64,000 nt of DNA from Lama glama (taxonomy: Eukaryota): positions 7,070,001 through 7,134,000 of the forward strand of contig CM052817.1 in assembly GCA_028534125.1 (NCBI GenBank), written 5' to 3'. Position numbers and translations under genes: made by a program. Shown here piece by piece: positions 36,541 to 49,580 of the stretch (its first letter is position 1; each line of letters begins with the position of its first letter). The notes below the pieces were generated by a model. The model saw nothing but the letters and a program-made list of their open reading frames with translations, was not told the DNA's origin and ran no database searches.

Positions 36541-39500
36541 GTCAACGTTACACTTAAGCCTTATTTCAAAAGGAGCACTGCTTTATAGTTAAAGAGAAAG
36601 ATTACACAAGCATTCATGACGGGTATAAAGATATAAACTCGGGTTCTTTTTTCATATACATGGATTTGCATTTTCCAAACGTAGCTAGTTATTTATATTG
36701 AAGTTCTCCCACTGGAGAAAATCACATTCTGCCGTTTGGGCCAAGCTGCAGAGTCGGCTCATTTTATTACATTTTTGTCTTCTCAGAAAGGCACGACGCA
36801 ACTGGAATTTCATCTGTATCAATAGCCTGCTGCCAACTGTCGGAGATTGCTGACCGTGGATCAATTTTAATTTACAGCCGATCTTGAAAGGCCATTTAAA
36901 TAGTGGTAATTAAGAAGCAAAATATGGGACTGGAAATGTACCAAAATGTGGATAGTTTTAAACTAATGAAGTACTTGAAGCCCTTTCTCTACAAAGCCAA
37001 GATGTTCAGTGTGAAGTTTCTCTTCAGTATACATCATTATTTTGGCAGAGTTAAGGAAAATCACTAAGTTCCCAGTGTCAGACTAGGTTATAACCATCTA
37101 AAATGCTATCCTGCATTCCTTACCATACAGCATTTCCTTTTCATAATGCACATCTCACTGGTACCCCCTTTTCAGTATTTGTATTCTCCATAATTATAAT
37201 TCTGTAGTGTAGAACCTGACTCCACCGTATTACCCACACACATAGAACCCATTCTGGCTTATTGCTGAAGCTTAGTAATCATTCACTTAAATTACTGAGT
37301 GACAAAATAACTATATGAATAAAGGAAGAGAGCTCCATTTACATATGCAAAGGTATTCATCGATGCATTCCTGAGTCTTTAAATGAGACAGCAATAAAAG
37401 ATCATATGTGTGAAAACACGATTTCAGACTCACAAATCACACAGCACTTCAACTCCAGGTTTTGTAGCTAATATGCTTGTGAGTTCTTATTAATTCTCAA
37501 CCTTGATGACCTTTTTGCTTCTCATCTGCCTCTGGGTCTACCCTCTCCTCTTCATTTTCTTGGGGGTCAACCCTTGTCCAGTCTGTGACGAACTTCCAGA
37601 GGACAAAGACCATCTAATTTCCCCATTGTGGTGTGACCATACCTCTCTGTATATCAAAGGTTAGACTCCTGGTAAATATTTGTTTTAACTAAATTTCAGC
37701 CTTTCTCATGACAGACACTAAAATGTTCTAGGGCAAGGGCCATAGAGTTCTAATATCAAGGCTTTTATCTTTTTTTTCCCTGCTGTACTTCCCAACAATA
37801 GATGAAGGAAGCTGTTTTGAAGTCATTCTTGCAGAATACAATAAAGGGTAAGGAGAGGCAAGAGCTTCAAGAGGTGAGTGCATGTGGCAACAGGGAGCCC
37901 TCATGCATGTACACACACCAACCACAGCAACAGGCACATTACTGGAAATTAATTAGAATGCTTTGCATTTCTAAAGTATTATCTATCCCATGTGAATATG
38001 TCCTTAAACAAGGCTGTCCTACCTGGTCATTTCACAGCCAGCAAGCAATATGCAGAAGCTTTGGCATGTTAATGACAAATCATCTTTGCTCTCAGATTCT
38101 AAATATTGCAAAGCTTACCTTTTGTCTTGATCTAAAGTCTATTTGTGAGCACTTTTATTAGGCCTGACCGTGGGTATGACCGTGGGTCTCCAGCTAATTT
38201 GGCACGATTTACGTACTTTACAGTTGCCTTCCCCAACATCTGTCATCTTTGTAAATACATTCGCTTGTCAAGCACAGCTCATAGCCTTGGCACTGGCATA
38301 CCAGGCCAGTGATGCTCCAAGGAAGGACCAGAAACGTGTCTGTCTCCTCAATGCACCTGTCTTCATTCTTCCACACTCTACTGAAATGCCTTCTCCACAA
38401 AATCTTCCCTAGTGCCCTTAATGAAACGGGCTTTTTCTTGTTTCTAGTTTCATAGAGACGTTTATTTGCATATCTCTTGCAGTCCTTACCCAGTTCTGTT
38501 ACTTGCACACAAAGTTACTCTAATCATTAGCAGTAAAATCTTTAACGGTGGGAATCATGTTCTTTTATTCTGAATTCCTAATGCGGACGCATTACTTGAC
38601 ATAGATTCACATTCCATAACTATTTTACAGTAATGAATGAAGGTGTGAACGATTTACAAGAAAGTGCAGTGCTGGATTTACAGTGTTTTCTATAGACCAT
38701 TTTTATTTTTGACTCCTGACTTTGAAAAATGTCAGTTTGAGCTCATCCTTGTAAATGGATTCAGTTCCAATCATATTTAATTCTTGTATATGGTGCTATT
38801 TAATTCATTCATTACTATGTCTTCTGTAGCTCTCTTGTTTAATGTATTTTGTTAGTTTATTGTTTTTATGGCCTTATTTTCACCATGTAAATGGGGGGAG
38901 AAAAGCATTGTGGTGTGCATAAAATCTTACTAATTTAAAAACTCTTTCCCATAACTCAATAAAAAATAAGCAAAAACAAACAAACAAACAAACTAACTAA
39001 CTCTTTCCTCTTGGACTGCTCACCTCTATAACCTAAAGAGCAAACAAAACAGAAAGGGACACCACTTTGTTTTTCCCCAATATGCCTCCCTGGCATTGAG
39101 ATGTTTTGAATTATTTATGATGTTTACTCAGAAGAAAAAAGACAGAGGACTTCAGTTCTTATAATGAGTAGAACAAAGTGCAAAGATCAAATAAAGTCAA
39201 GGAAAAAAATCCAATAAATAATAAAAGAGTCATGTAAATTAGCAGTTGGTTTTGAAACGCCTTGCACTGTAAAGTCATACATCATGTTTACAGAAGCCTT
39301 AGAAATGAATAAAAGTCCTCTCATTGCCTGCGTACAACTTCATTACTTTATTTTTCTTCATTATAGGTACATGGACCAGTCAATGTGGATTGTCCAGAAC
39401 CTCACTTTCTCCAAGGTGGGCTTTGGGGTGTAGTTCTGGAATTTAGATCCTACTCACATAAACAACATGAATAATTATGTTTAGGTAATATACCCCAGGT

Positions 39501-42104
39501 CACCTTTACCCGAATTTGAGGCGTGCCTAGAACAAAGAGCAGAAAACACAATTATAAACCAGGTCTGGGGCAAAAGTTGTAAGAAAAGAATCTATTGTAT
39601 CAAATAGGTAGAAAAAAAAGAAAAAAATGGCGAAGATGATCACTCTTTCCTATTGTCAAATATTATGACAGGAAAAATAAATGGCCTTCTAGTGCTAGCT
39701 TACTTTGTATAATGTCCTAACACCTTTGGAAAACGGCCAGCCATTGCATAAACACCAAGAAACAAGAAAGTGCCTTACTGCTAAGCAGTAGGCAACACTG
39801 TCTTACACCTGCCTTTAAAAAGAGACTTCTTTCTGTAGAGGTAAAACAACAGAACGTGCTAGAAGGATTACACAATCTAAAAATCACAAAGATGTGGCTG
39901 AAGATTCGGCTTGACAGTTTCCTACCTGTGTAATCTCAGACAGAGCATCTCCATGCTTTCAGTCTCCTCTTTTCACATATAATTTAAACTCTTCATTCAT
40001 AAAACATCAAATCTCTTAACTTATAAAATACCGTCTGGTCTTCCTACCATAACAGAAATAAACGTGATAATATACACAAAAGTGTAGATTGCTTTATAAA
40101 TGTTACTGTGTGAATATTATCACCATCATTAATTTTCCAATCATTAAGCCTGTGACTAATAGTTGAGCCTGTAGAATGAAATTCTATTTCTCTAACACCC
40201 CAGTCACAACCGGCCTTGAATTCTATTATTTGGTTTCTCAAGACAATTAGCGAAATAAATTAGGAGAAAACTTAAATCGATAAAGAAGCGCTAAAGAAAG
40301 CCAGCCATCCCAAGTACACATGAAGAAAGAATACTTTGCATGATTGTTACCACCAATGAGACAAATATACGGAAAAAAAATACAAGGTAACCAGAGAAGG
40401 AAGGCAAACACAGCAATGTAGAAAAAGGCGGATGAAAGAGTACATTTCATTTCTAGTTAGATTTATCTGGAGTGAGCATGGTTTGATGTAATCGGCACCC
40501 TCTAGATGAACGGTAGCAGTATCTTCCCAGAAGATAAATGTTTAATCACCACCAGGACGAAAGTGCAGACAGGATTTAGCTGATTCATAACCTTGAACGT
40601 TTCTTTTTGAATTTACTGATGAAAAATATTGAAAGAAATATTTAATGGTGTGGTGCACATTGAGATGAATACATGCAAGTTGCCCTGAAGCCACCCCTTT
40701 GAACCTAACAGTGGTTCCAAACTTTAATCCACTGGGAGCTTCTAACGTATTTCTGGAGGAATTTCATACCTTGAAAGATAATATGATTCTAGGCTGAAAA
40801 CAAAATTAGTCTGCTTGCACAAACAGAAAGATGATTGGAGTTGGAGCTTCTCCCCCGGCTGGGGCATGCACAATGATTTTAATGCCTGAATATTATGGTT
40901 CCAAGGGATGAACTCAAGAAAAATTTTGGATGTATGTGGTCTCTGCACATTCTCAGTGTTCTGTTTCATGGTCTCAGTGCTCTGTATGTATCACAGCATC
41001 CTCTGCCTCCACACCGAGGTAGAAGTCATTCTTCTCACAGAAAGCCTCATCTTAATGTTAGTAACAGTGACAATCACAGGTGCATAGGCGAAAATCAACT
41101 AGATGGTTCCCAAGTTAAGAGTAATCAAAGAATAGCCAGAAAGTCTCCCTTTTGTACTACCTCTGTCATTTACCTGTATAGAAATCCAGATTTCTTTTCT
41201 CTTAAGGCATTGCCTGTTCCGTTAAAACTCATCTACTATAAAGAGAACTAAACTCTTTCAGACTGAATGCATGTGTGTGTGTGTGTCTGTATACATAGTG
41301 TCTTTTCCAATTAAGCATCTCGCCTGAGGAACACAGAATGAGGTACCGGATATACAGAATGGCCATAGGTGGCTGGCTATAGATATCACAAGGGAATATA
41401 TTCAGTAGATGTTACAACTGAATCTGATTATCCAGCATCCATCGCAGCTCAATCACTTATTAGCCTGTGACTCTGAGAACATTAAATAAATTCTATGAAT
41501 CTCAGAAATGGGCATGCTAATTCCTCTGCTGCTCAGTGGACAATTATTAGGAGAAAAAGACATTGCATGAAGAAGCAATATGTCAGTTGTTAAAGGCCAC
41601 CCGAATGCCGGTCATGGCTTCTGTGATTGCTGCGGAACTGATCAGGGAGCAGGGGGCAGCTGCAGAGCGTGACTTTCTTTGGTGAGTGCTGCTATGGGCC
41701 ATCTGTCCTGTTGTCCTGCTCATCTGTGGGAGCTTGAGAGTGGGGACCTCATCCCATTCCTCTCACTTCTCCCACTGCTGTTGATAGAGGTCTCATCGCA
41801 GAGGGTGTTCTATATAAGAAGCCATTTATAACATTTCCTTGTAAAAATAACAGGAACCTTCTAATGGGCATGCTTATTTTCTCCAAGGAGGGACGTGGAT
41901 TAATCTGGAAAATTCTTTCTAACTTGAAAAGCTATACAATGAGAACACTGTGGCACTGTAAGATTATTCTACACTTAGAGCCAGATTTTGTCCTGATGTC
42001 AGGGCACTCAAGGTAGTATAAAAAAATTATATTACCCTCTCAAACCATGAGAATTTGACTTGGATACATGTGAGTTTAAAATGAATATATTTAACTCCAT
42101 TTAG

Positions 42105-44330
42105 TTTTTAACAACTTTATTGGGGTATAACAGATACACAGAAAACTACATATATTTAATGTGTACAGTTTTCTGAATTTGGACATATACAAACATCTAC
42201 AATGCCATCACACAATTAAGGTTATATATATAAAACCTCCCAAAGTTTCTTTGTGTCCTTTTGTTTTTGTTTTTATTTTATGTGGTAAGAATGCTTAACA
42301 TGAGATCTAACCTGTTAACAAATTTTGAAGTGCAAAGTACTGTATTGTTAACTTCAGGCAATATATTGTCAGAAAGTTGTTAGAACTTATCCATCTAGCA
42401 AAGCCAAAACTTTGTATCCATTAAGCAACTCCCCATTTTCCCCACCTACCAACCCCAAACTATTGTTTTCGCTGCTTCTGTGGGTTTGTCTATTTTAGAT
42501 TCCTCATATGAGTGGAATCATGTAGTATTCGTCCATCTGTAACCAGCTTACTTCACTTAGCATGATATCCTCAAGGTTCATCCATGTTATCACACACAGC
42601 AGGATTTCCGTATTTCTCTTGGCTGAACAATATTCCATTATATGTATATATCACATTATCTTTATCCATTCATCCATCAATGGACACTTGAGTTGTTTCT
42701 ATATGTTACCTATTGCAAATAATGCTACAATAAACGTGGGAGAGCAGATAATTGCCTCATTATCCTGATTTCAACTTTTGTATATATATATATACTCAGA
42801 AATGGTATTGCTGATCACACGGTAGTTCTCTTTTACATTTTTGAGGTACCTCCATACTGTTTCCCACACTCTCTGCACCAAATTACATCCCCATTAACAG
42901 AATACAAGGGTTTGAATTTCTCCACACTAGCCCTAGTGTAGGGCTAAAGTGAGCTTGAGTAAGAAGCATAAAGCTGGAGAATATCACATTTTCCAATTTC
43001 AAAAGGTATTACAAAGCTACAGTTACTAAAACAATAAAGTACTGGAATAAAGACAAACCTATAGACCAATAGAACATAACAGACAGCCCAGAATTAAACC
43101 CACACATATAGCATATACAATAAACCAACCTTCAACAAAAGTGCCAGGAGTGTACAATGTACAAAAATGGCATATGCAGTTCTCCACACCTGTAATCTTT
43201 GATTTTTTAAATAACAGTAATCCTAACAGCTTTGAGGAGGAATCTCACCATAGTTTTGATTTTAATTTCCCTGATAATTAATGATGTTGAGCATTGTTTT
43301 ATACACCTGCTATCTATTAGAATATCTTATGTGGAAAAATAGTTGTTCAAGTCCTTTACCTATTTTTAATTGTTATATGTTGTTGTGTTGTGTTGTGTTT
43401 TGTTTTATTGCCATTAAATTGTAGGCGCTCCTTACACATTTTGGAAATCAGCCCTTTTTCAGATATATAGTTTGCAAATATTTTCTCCCAGTCTTTAGAT
43501 TGCCTTTTCTTCTGCAGGTTGCTTCCTTTGCTGTGCAGAAGCTTTTTAGTTTGACATAATCCCACTTGTCTAACTTTGCTTTTGTTGATTGTGCTTTTGG
43601 TGTCATAGCCAAGAAATCATTGCCAGGACCGATGTTAAGAAGGTTTTCCTCTAATGACTTTTTTTTTTAAAGAGTTTTACAGCTTCAGGTCTAATGTGTA
43701 AGTGTTTAGTCCATTTAGAGTTTATTTTTGTGTATGGTAAAATAGGGCCCCAATTTCATTCTTTTGCATGTGAATATCCAGTTTTCCCAACACTTCTTGT
43801 TGAAAACGTTATCTTCTCCTCATTGTAAATTATTGGCATCCTTGTCGAAGGTCAGTTTACTGGGTATGCTCTATGCATGGGTTTAATTCTGGACTCTGTT
43901 CTGTTCCATTGGTCTACAGGTTTGTCTTTATTCCAGTACTATATAGTTTTAGTTTCCTGTAGCTTTGTAATACATTTTGAAATTGGAAAGTATTATACCT
44001 CCAGCTTTACACTGCTTTCTCAAAATCACTTTGGCTATTCTGAGTCTTTTGTGTTTTCATATGAATTTTAGAATTAGTTTTTGGTGTTTCTGTAAAAAAA
44101 AGTGATGTTTTCATGAGGACAGCATTGATTCTTTGGGTAGTATGGTCATTTTAACAGTATTAAGTCTTCTAACAAGTGCACACATGAAAACTTTCCATTT
44201 TATTCATGTATTGTATTCCTTTTTCATCAGTGTTTTATAGTTTTTGGTGTACAACAATTTTACCAGCCTGATTACATTTATTCCTAAGCATTTTAGTCTT
44301 TATTATGCTGTTGTAAATGGAATTTTCCTA
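42105..44330 (-). mobile_element. Truncated L1 (L1MA-like) 3' portion with an internal inverted duplication
   Basis: Antisense 3'UTR (CTTTATTGGGGTATA...TTTTAGATTCCTCATATGAGTGGAATCATG) and ORF2 (KKRQSKDWEKIFANYISEKGLISK, frame 43356..43565). Confidence 0.92.
42928..43179 (+). mobile_element. Sense-orientation L1 ORF2 segment inserted in the antisense L1 (inverted copy of ~43821-44035)
   Basis: AAAGCTGGAG...TATTACAAAGCTACAG...GTACTGGAATAAAGACAAACCT...CCAGAATTAAACCCA, flanked by the direct repeat TTCTCCACAC. Confidence 0.85.
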
Positions 44331-44511
44331 AACTCAATTTAGGTTTAACCCTCAGAGATGAGAAGTGAAATCAACACAACACTAAACAAGAGATTAAAAA
44401 TTAAAATCCAATCTAACTTGATAAAATGTAAGAATAAAAGTATAAACCTGGACAGGTAATCAAAGTAGATCAGTAGACATGTTTCGGGCTCAACTAGGGT
44501 AATAAGCAGAA

Positions 44512-44730
44512 TAGCTATTTATTGAGCACATGCTCTGTGGCAGGCACTATAGCTAAATTGTCTGTATAAACAAAATCTCACAATAAAACTATGAATTAGA
44601 CATTCCTCTTCCCAAATTGCAGGTTTTGAAGGTAACACTCAGAGATGCCTAATGAATTTCCCAAGTTCATATAGATTAAAATTCAGGATTTAAACTCCCA
44701 TCTGACCTACGCCCAATACCTTGGTCTTAC
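44512..44730 (-). mobile_element. MIR SINE
   Basis: TATTTATTGAGCACATGCTCTGTGGCAGGCACTAT...CTCAGAGATG...CCCAAGTTCATATAG...AGGATTTAAACTC. Confidence 0.8.
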
Positions 44731-44889
44731 ATTGTGGTAGGACTATTGGACCAAATTCATTTTGGTTTCCATCCATTTTCCAATCTACACTTATGTACTT
44801 TCTGCAAAGAGGTAGCACATTTTGATGACTTATAACACAGAACCCTGAATTACCTATCATAACTACCACTTAATATCTGCTATGATCTA

Positions 44890-44930
44890 ATACATATATA
44901 CACATGCACACACACACACACACACACACA
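44890..44930. repeat. (CA)n microsatellite
   Basis: ATACATATATACACATG followed by a CA run to 44930. Confidence 0.9.
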
Positions 44931-45413
44931 GGAAATCATTATAGACTCAAATGCACAATTTTTTAACAAGATTGAAATGAAAAAAATCATCTGAACTTCC
45001 GAGTCACGTATTTCAAAAAAGAGAAAATTGAAGTTTTGAAATTGAAGACATACATATTGCACTATTAAACATTACATCTACAGAATTTCTATTCCATAGG
45101 ACTTCATTTCCCATCTTATTTCTGTGTATCTGTCTCTCAGAGATTAAGCCTCATCTCAACACATATTTTAATAGAAAAGTAATTATGACTTTATTGGAAA
45201 AGAGAAAGATAACATTATTCAATTTATATAATTTATAGAAGTTTTCTGATTTGAACTCCAAAAGTGTGGTTTAAAAAATAAAATAAAGAATGCAGACATT
45301 GAGGGTAAAAGGACTTAAGACTGAGTTCAGACTTTGCCAGGAATTTATGATCCAAATTGGAGAAAATTAAATCTAGGCTTCCTCAACTTATTAATAATAA
45401 CATCTCTACAAGT

Positions 45414-45740
45414 CATTATTACTTCTAGTAATGTGGTGAAACCATTATCGCTATCTATTTCCAAAAAGCTCTCATCACCCAAACAGAAAATCCATACCCA
45501 TTAGACAATGTCACCATTTCTTTTCCCCCAACCCATGATAACCTGAAATATGTTTTCCATCTCCATGAATTCACTCATTCTAGATATTTTTTATAAGTGC
45601 AATCATACAATATCCATCTTTTGTGTCTGGTCTACTTCACTTAATATAACATTTTCAAGTTTTGTCCACATTGTAGCATGTACCAGAACATCATTCCTTT
45701 TTCTTAGTTGAATAATAGTCCATGGTATGACTATATATAC
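45414..45740 (-). mobile_element. L1MB-like 3' end
   Basis: CATCACCCAAACAGAAA..CCATACCCATTA...ATTCTAGATATTT...AATCATACAATAT...TGTGTCTGG...GTAGCATGTACCAGAACATCATTCCTTTT. Confidence 0.85.
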
Positions 45741-48584
45741 AGAGCCACACTTAACCACTAGTTTAAGGTGTACTACATCATGGTAGTAGAGGTAATGGTA
45801 ATTATTATCTAGCAAGAAGCTTAAAAAATTAAATGTGATAATATAAGTAAAAATATTTTGTAAAGCACTATGTTTTAAATGTTACTGTTTCTGAAGCCAT
45901 GTTTCTTAGCAAAAACTCATTTCTTTCATCATAAAATACAAAGAACACGTCGGCCACTAATGAGAGATATGACCTTGAATCACACCACTTTGGGTAACCA
46001 TTTCTTCATCTGTAATAGTAGGGTATGGAATGATATTTAAGGGGAGAACTTTTGCCCTTGTTTTCAAGAAATATCCTAATTTATGTCCTGATTCTGCTGT
46101 TAAAGAAATATTTCACTTGGGCCGTTTAATTAATCTCCCTGAGCCTCAGTTCCTGGCTCTGTAGGGAAGGGATCTCAAACGCCATTAGCTCTAACCTTGT
46201 GTAGGTCCATTTAAGGAATGACTGAGATGAATTATCAGATATGTTAATGACTAGAGTCAGACTTTTAGGATCATAAACTTAATCATTCTGGAAGAGTGTT
46301 CCATGATACAGGATTTTCTGGAGAACGCTGGAGCAATTGTCAGGAATGTTTTAAGAAAGCAGTGACTGGATCATTCCCAAGTAGCAACTGATGAGAATTC
46401 AGTTGCCATTATCTTCAGCTAATGGCAATTTCCTTAATCGAAGCACTTCACGTACACTAATTAATTAATCTTCAAACTCCCCCTATAGAGTAAAACATGA
46501 ATAAGAAAATCAATTTACCAATAGGTACTAATTAAAGGTATGATATGACTTACTCAAGGCAAGTTTGACTGTGGAGCCAGGGCCCCCAGCCTGGCCTGAG
46601 TCATTGAAGTCCTGTGTAAAGTGTGAGGGGTTCTAAGAGGGGTCTCAGTCAACTCATTGAGAGTCTTGAGGCCTGCGTCCCTCAGTTCTGAGTGTTTCGC
46701 CTAAAGTTGTATCTCCTGCAAAAGTCAGTCTCTCCTTCCCTTCTTCTCTCTAAACTGAGCCATTGGCTTCTGCTGGCTCTGCTATTGGTTGGTGTGTATT
46801 CTCAGATGAACAAGTCACAGGTAGGGTCCTGCCCCTGAGAAGCCTGCAGTCCAAAGAGACAGATAAATATGTAAAAAGACAATTACAAATATAGCGTCAT
46901 CCCTGCTTAATGGAGGGAGCTATGAAGAGAGTTACAAGCCCAAAAAGAAAGTCCGCCTTTCAAACTACCGCCTTTCAAACTAAGTCCCGATCAGCGATCG
47001 CTGCCGAGAAATAGTCACACGTGGCAAACGCAGATTTAAGGAACCGCATGCCTGTACCAGACGGATCTTATCTCAAGACTAAGTGTGCTCAGTTATCTCG
47101 CCTCATCTGCTTCCTATGAATATCCAACTTTTAGCCGATCATGGAACTTGCTGGAAATTTTCATAAAAGCAAAAGAATACATTATAACATGGCTCAGTAA
47201 AGAAATTTCAACCTGGGTGTGGCTGTCTGGGGAGCCAGAATGCCAAGATCTGTACGCTGTGATGATGGTCATCAGCATGACCATCATCCCACATTCTTTG
47301 CTAACGACCCATAATGTTCTTGGCATTATATGCGCTATGCTGGTCATTTCTGATAATTATTTCAGATGTTTCAAGGGAAACTATCTAAAAAACTCCAAGG
47401 GGAAAGGACTTGCTACTGAGCTTAGGTTTGGACTTCATGGGTTTTTGTTTCTTTTTTTGTATTGTGTCCTATATACATGGACTGCTGCGTACATTTCACC
47501 TGGTTCCTAAGGATCAGTAAGTTAACTCCGTTTAGCATCCTAGCCAAACAATCAAAGAATTTAGGTTATGAGGATCATCCCAGCTCAAGGTCACCATGTG
47601 CCATTATACTTACTTTTAATGACACTTTGATTTGGTAGAATGAGGGATGGTTCTGAGAAGATCCATTTATTGCCACATGCACCTTTCTGAGTGATTGGAA
47701 TGCATGTTTTAAATGCTCAGAAGAGGACTTGGAGCTTGAGTTAGGGTCCATAGGAATACTGACTTGATCTTCCAGAATAGGGCATATGCAAACCAAACAA
47801 AAATGCAGAAAAACAGGAGAAAAACAGAATGTATTTACATCTAAAGGGCCGATTCCAGATCAAATGATAGACAAGCAGAAAATAACAGAATTCCATTGAA
47901 CACAGGAATGAGGCCTTCGATGAGGAGACCGTTTGATCAAAGCTTGGTGGCTTTAAAGTGCACACCTGACCAGGTAAATCGAGTGTGAAAGAAAGTTTTT
48001 AAGAAGCTCATTGAGCTTTCTGGGGAAAGGAGAAGTGGTGAGGAGGAAATCTGGAGCTCTGAAAACTGAAGTTGGTATGGAGCTGTGTGCCTGTGGAGAA
48101 TCTGGGAAAACCAGAGTGGACAGGAGCTGGCCTATGGGGCTCTGCCTCCAGAAGGGTCCAGGGAAGAGATAGGGGGCCCAGCAATTCAACAAATGCTGTC
48201 TCAGATAATCCTCGCAACACCACAAGGAGCACCATACGGTGGGCGTACACTCTCATTTTCATCAAGGGGAACAAAAAATAAGATTCAGGAGAGTCAAAAG
48301 GACTGTAGCCAAGCCAATCAGTCAGGATTTAAATTTGACTACCTTTTGTTAATCCAGGGCACCCTTCACCCCAATGATAAGTCTTCTTTTTCAAGCATCA
48401 TTCTCTATCCTTTGATCAGAATTATACCTTTCTTATAGCATCTGTTATAACCAGCTCAACTCATCCTGCGTAGCAGTTAGTTATTTCCAAAACTCATGCA
48501 ATAAATACAATAGAACCTCTAATAATAACAACAATAACATAATAAACTGGTAAAGATGATAATGTTGATGTGGCTGAAAGGTAT

Positions 48585-48800
48585 TGTATACTTGCTCTGG
48601 GTACTAAGCATTTTACATGTACAGACATTATCTGATTTAATCACAATAAGAAAGGATATAGATTTTATAATTATCTCCATTTTATAGAATGGAAGCTGAG
48701 ACCATGGGGCATAAGGTACTTTCACATAGCTGGTAAGCGGTAGACATGCAATTCTGAATCCAGATCTTCTGACTCCAGAGATTGCTGCCTTTACCCCTCC
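48585..48800 (-). mobile_element. MIR SINE
   Basis: TACTAAGCATTTTACATG...ATTATCTCCATTTTATAGA...CACATAGCTGGTAAG...TCTGACTCCAGAG. Confidence 0.85.
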
Positions 48801-49164
48801 GAATAGTGTGTCCTTCCATGGAAAGCCAGTACAGGCTGTAGTTATTTTTATTTCTACAACATTATGCATGACAGTTTGTAACTCTACTGCCCTGTATTTG
48901 TTTAATGAGATATTTGCTTAAAAAAGTTTGTTTAAGTGAATCATAACTTGATACTTCAGGAGCATTGCATCAATTATTAAGGAGAATGTCACTGTAAGTT
49001 GAGAAACAGAGGTTCAGTATAAAGCAGAAACGCACAGTCTGCCTGTGCCTGGGTGTGGAAAGTGTGAGGCAGTGGTGAGAATGAGAAAGAACACATCCGA
49101 GTCCCTTCTACGACTCAGGCAAATTGTTCTGGGGGCAAGTTTGGGCAGAGTAAAGTGGACAAGA

Positions 49165-49580
49165 GGAGTTGCAACTTTGAAGTTCACAGGTGGGTTTGAA
49201 TCTTGACTAGCGATTTGGCTTCGTTCTGTTTTATTCTTATTGTGATTAAATTAGACAAAACAGCTTCCATAAGTCTCAGTGTTTTCATTTCTTCAGTGAG
49301 TATAACAATTGGCATCTGGGAATTATGAAGAAATTAAATCAGATAACATATACACCAGCCTTCTGAATGCTCCCGTATCTCTGTCCTGCGTCATGTCACC
49401 ACCAGATTTACATGTGGCTTTTTTGTCTCCTTTTTACTTATTAATTCTCATAGAATCTTGAAAGGCAATTATGATCACCTCTGTTTTAGTGAAGAAAAAG
49501 AGAGTCGTCATAGTTAAGTGTCTATATCTAGGGTCAAGGGCAGAAAGGGGACTAGATTTGGTTGATTGAAAACACTAACA
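49165..49580. mobile_element. MIR pair (+ then -)
   Basis: GGGTTTGAATCTTGAC...GTCTCAGTGTTTTCATTTC...ATTAAATCAGATAA, then TTAATTCTCATAGAATCTTGAAAGGCA...GTTAAGTG. Confidence 0.65.

Noticed and set aside
47085..47510. 141-aa hydrophobic ORF
   Set aside because: Non-ATG start, partly over MIR-like sequence, and no known family.
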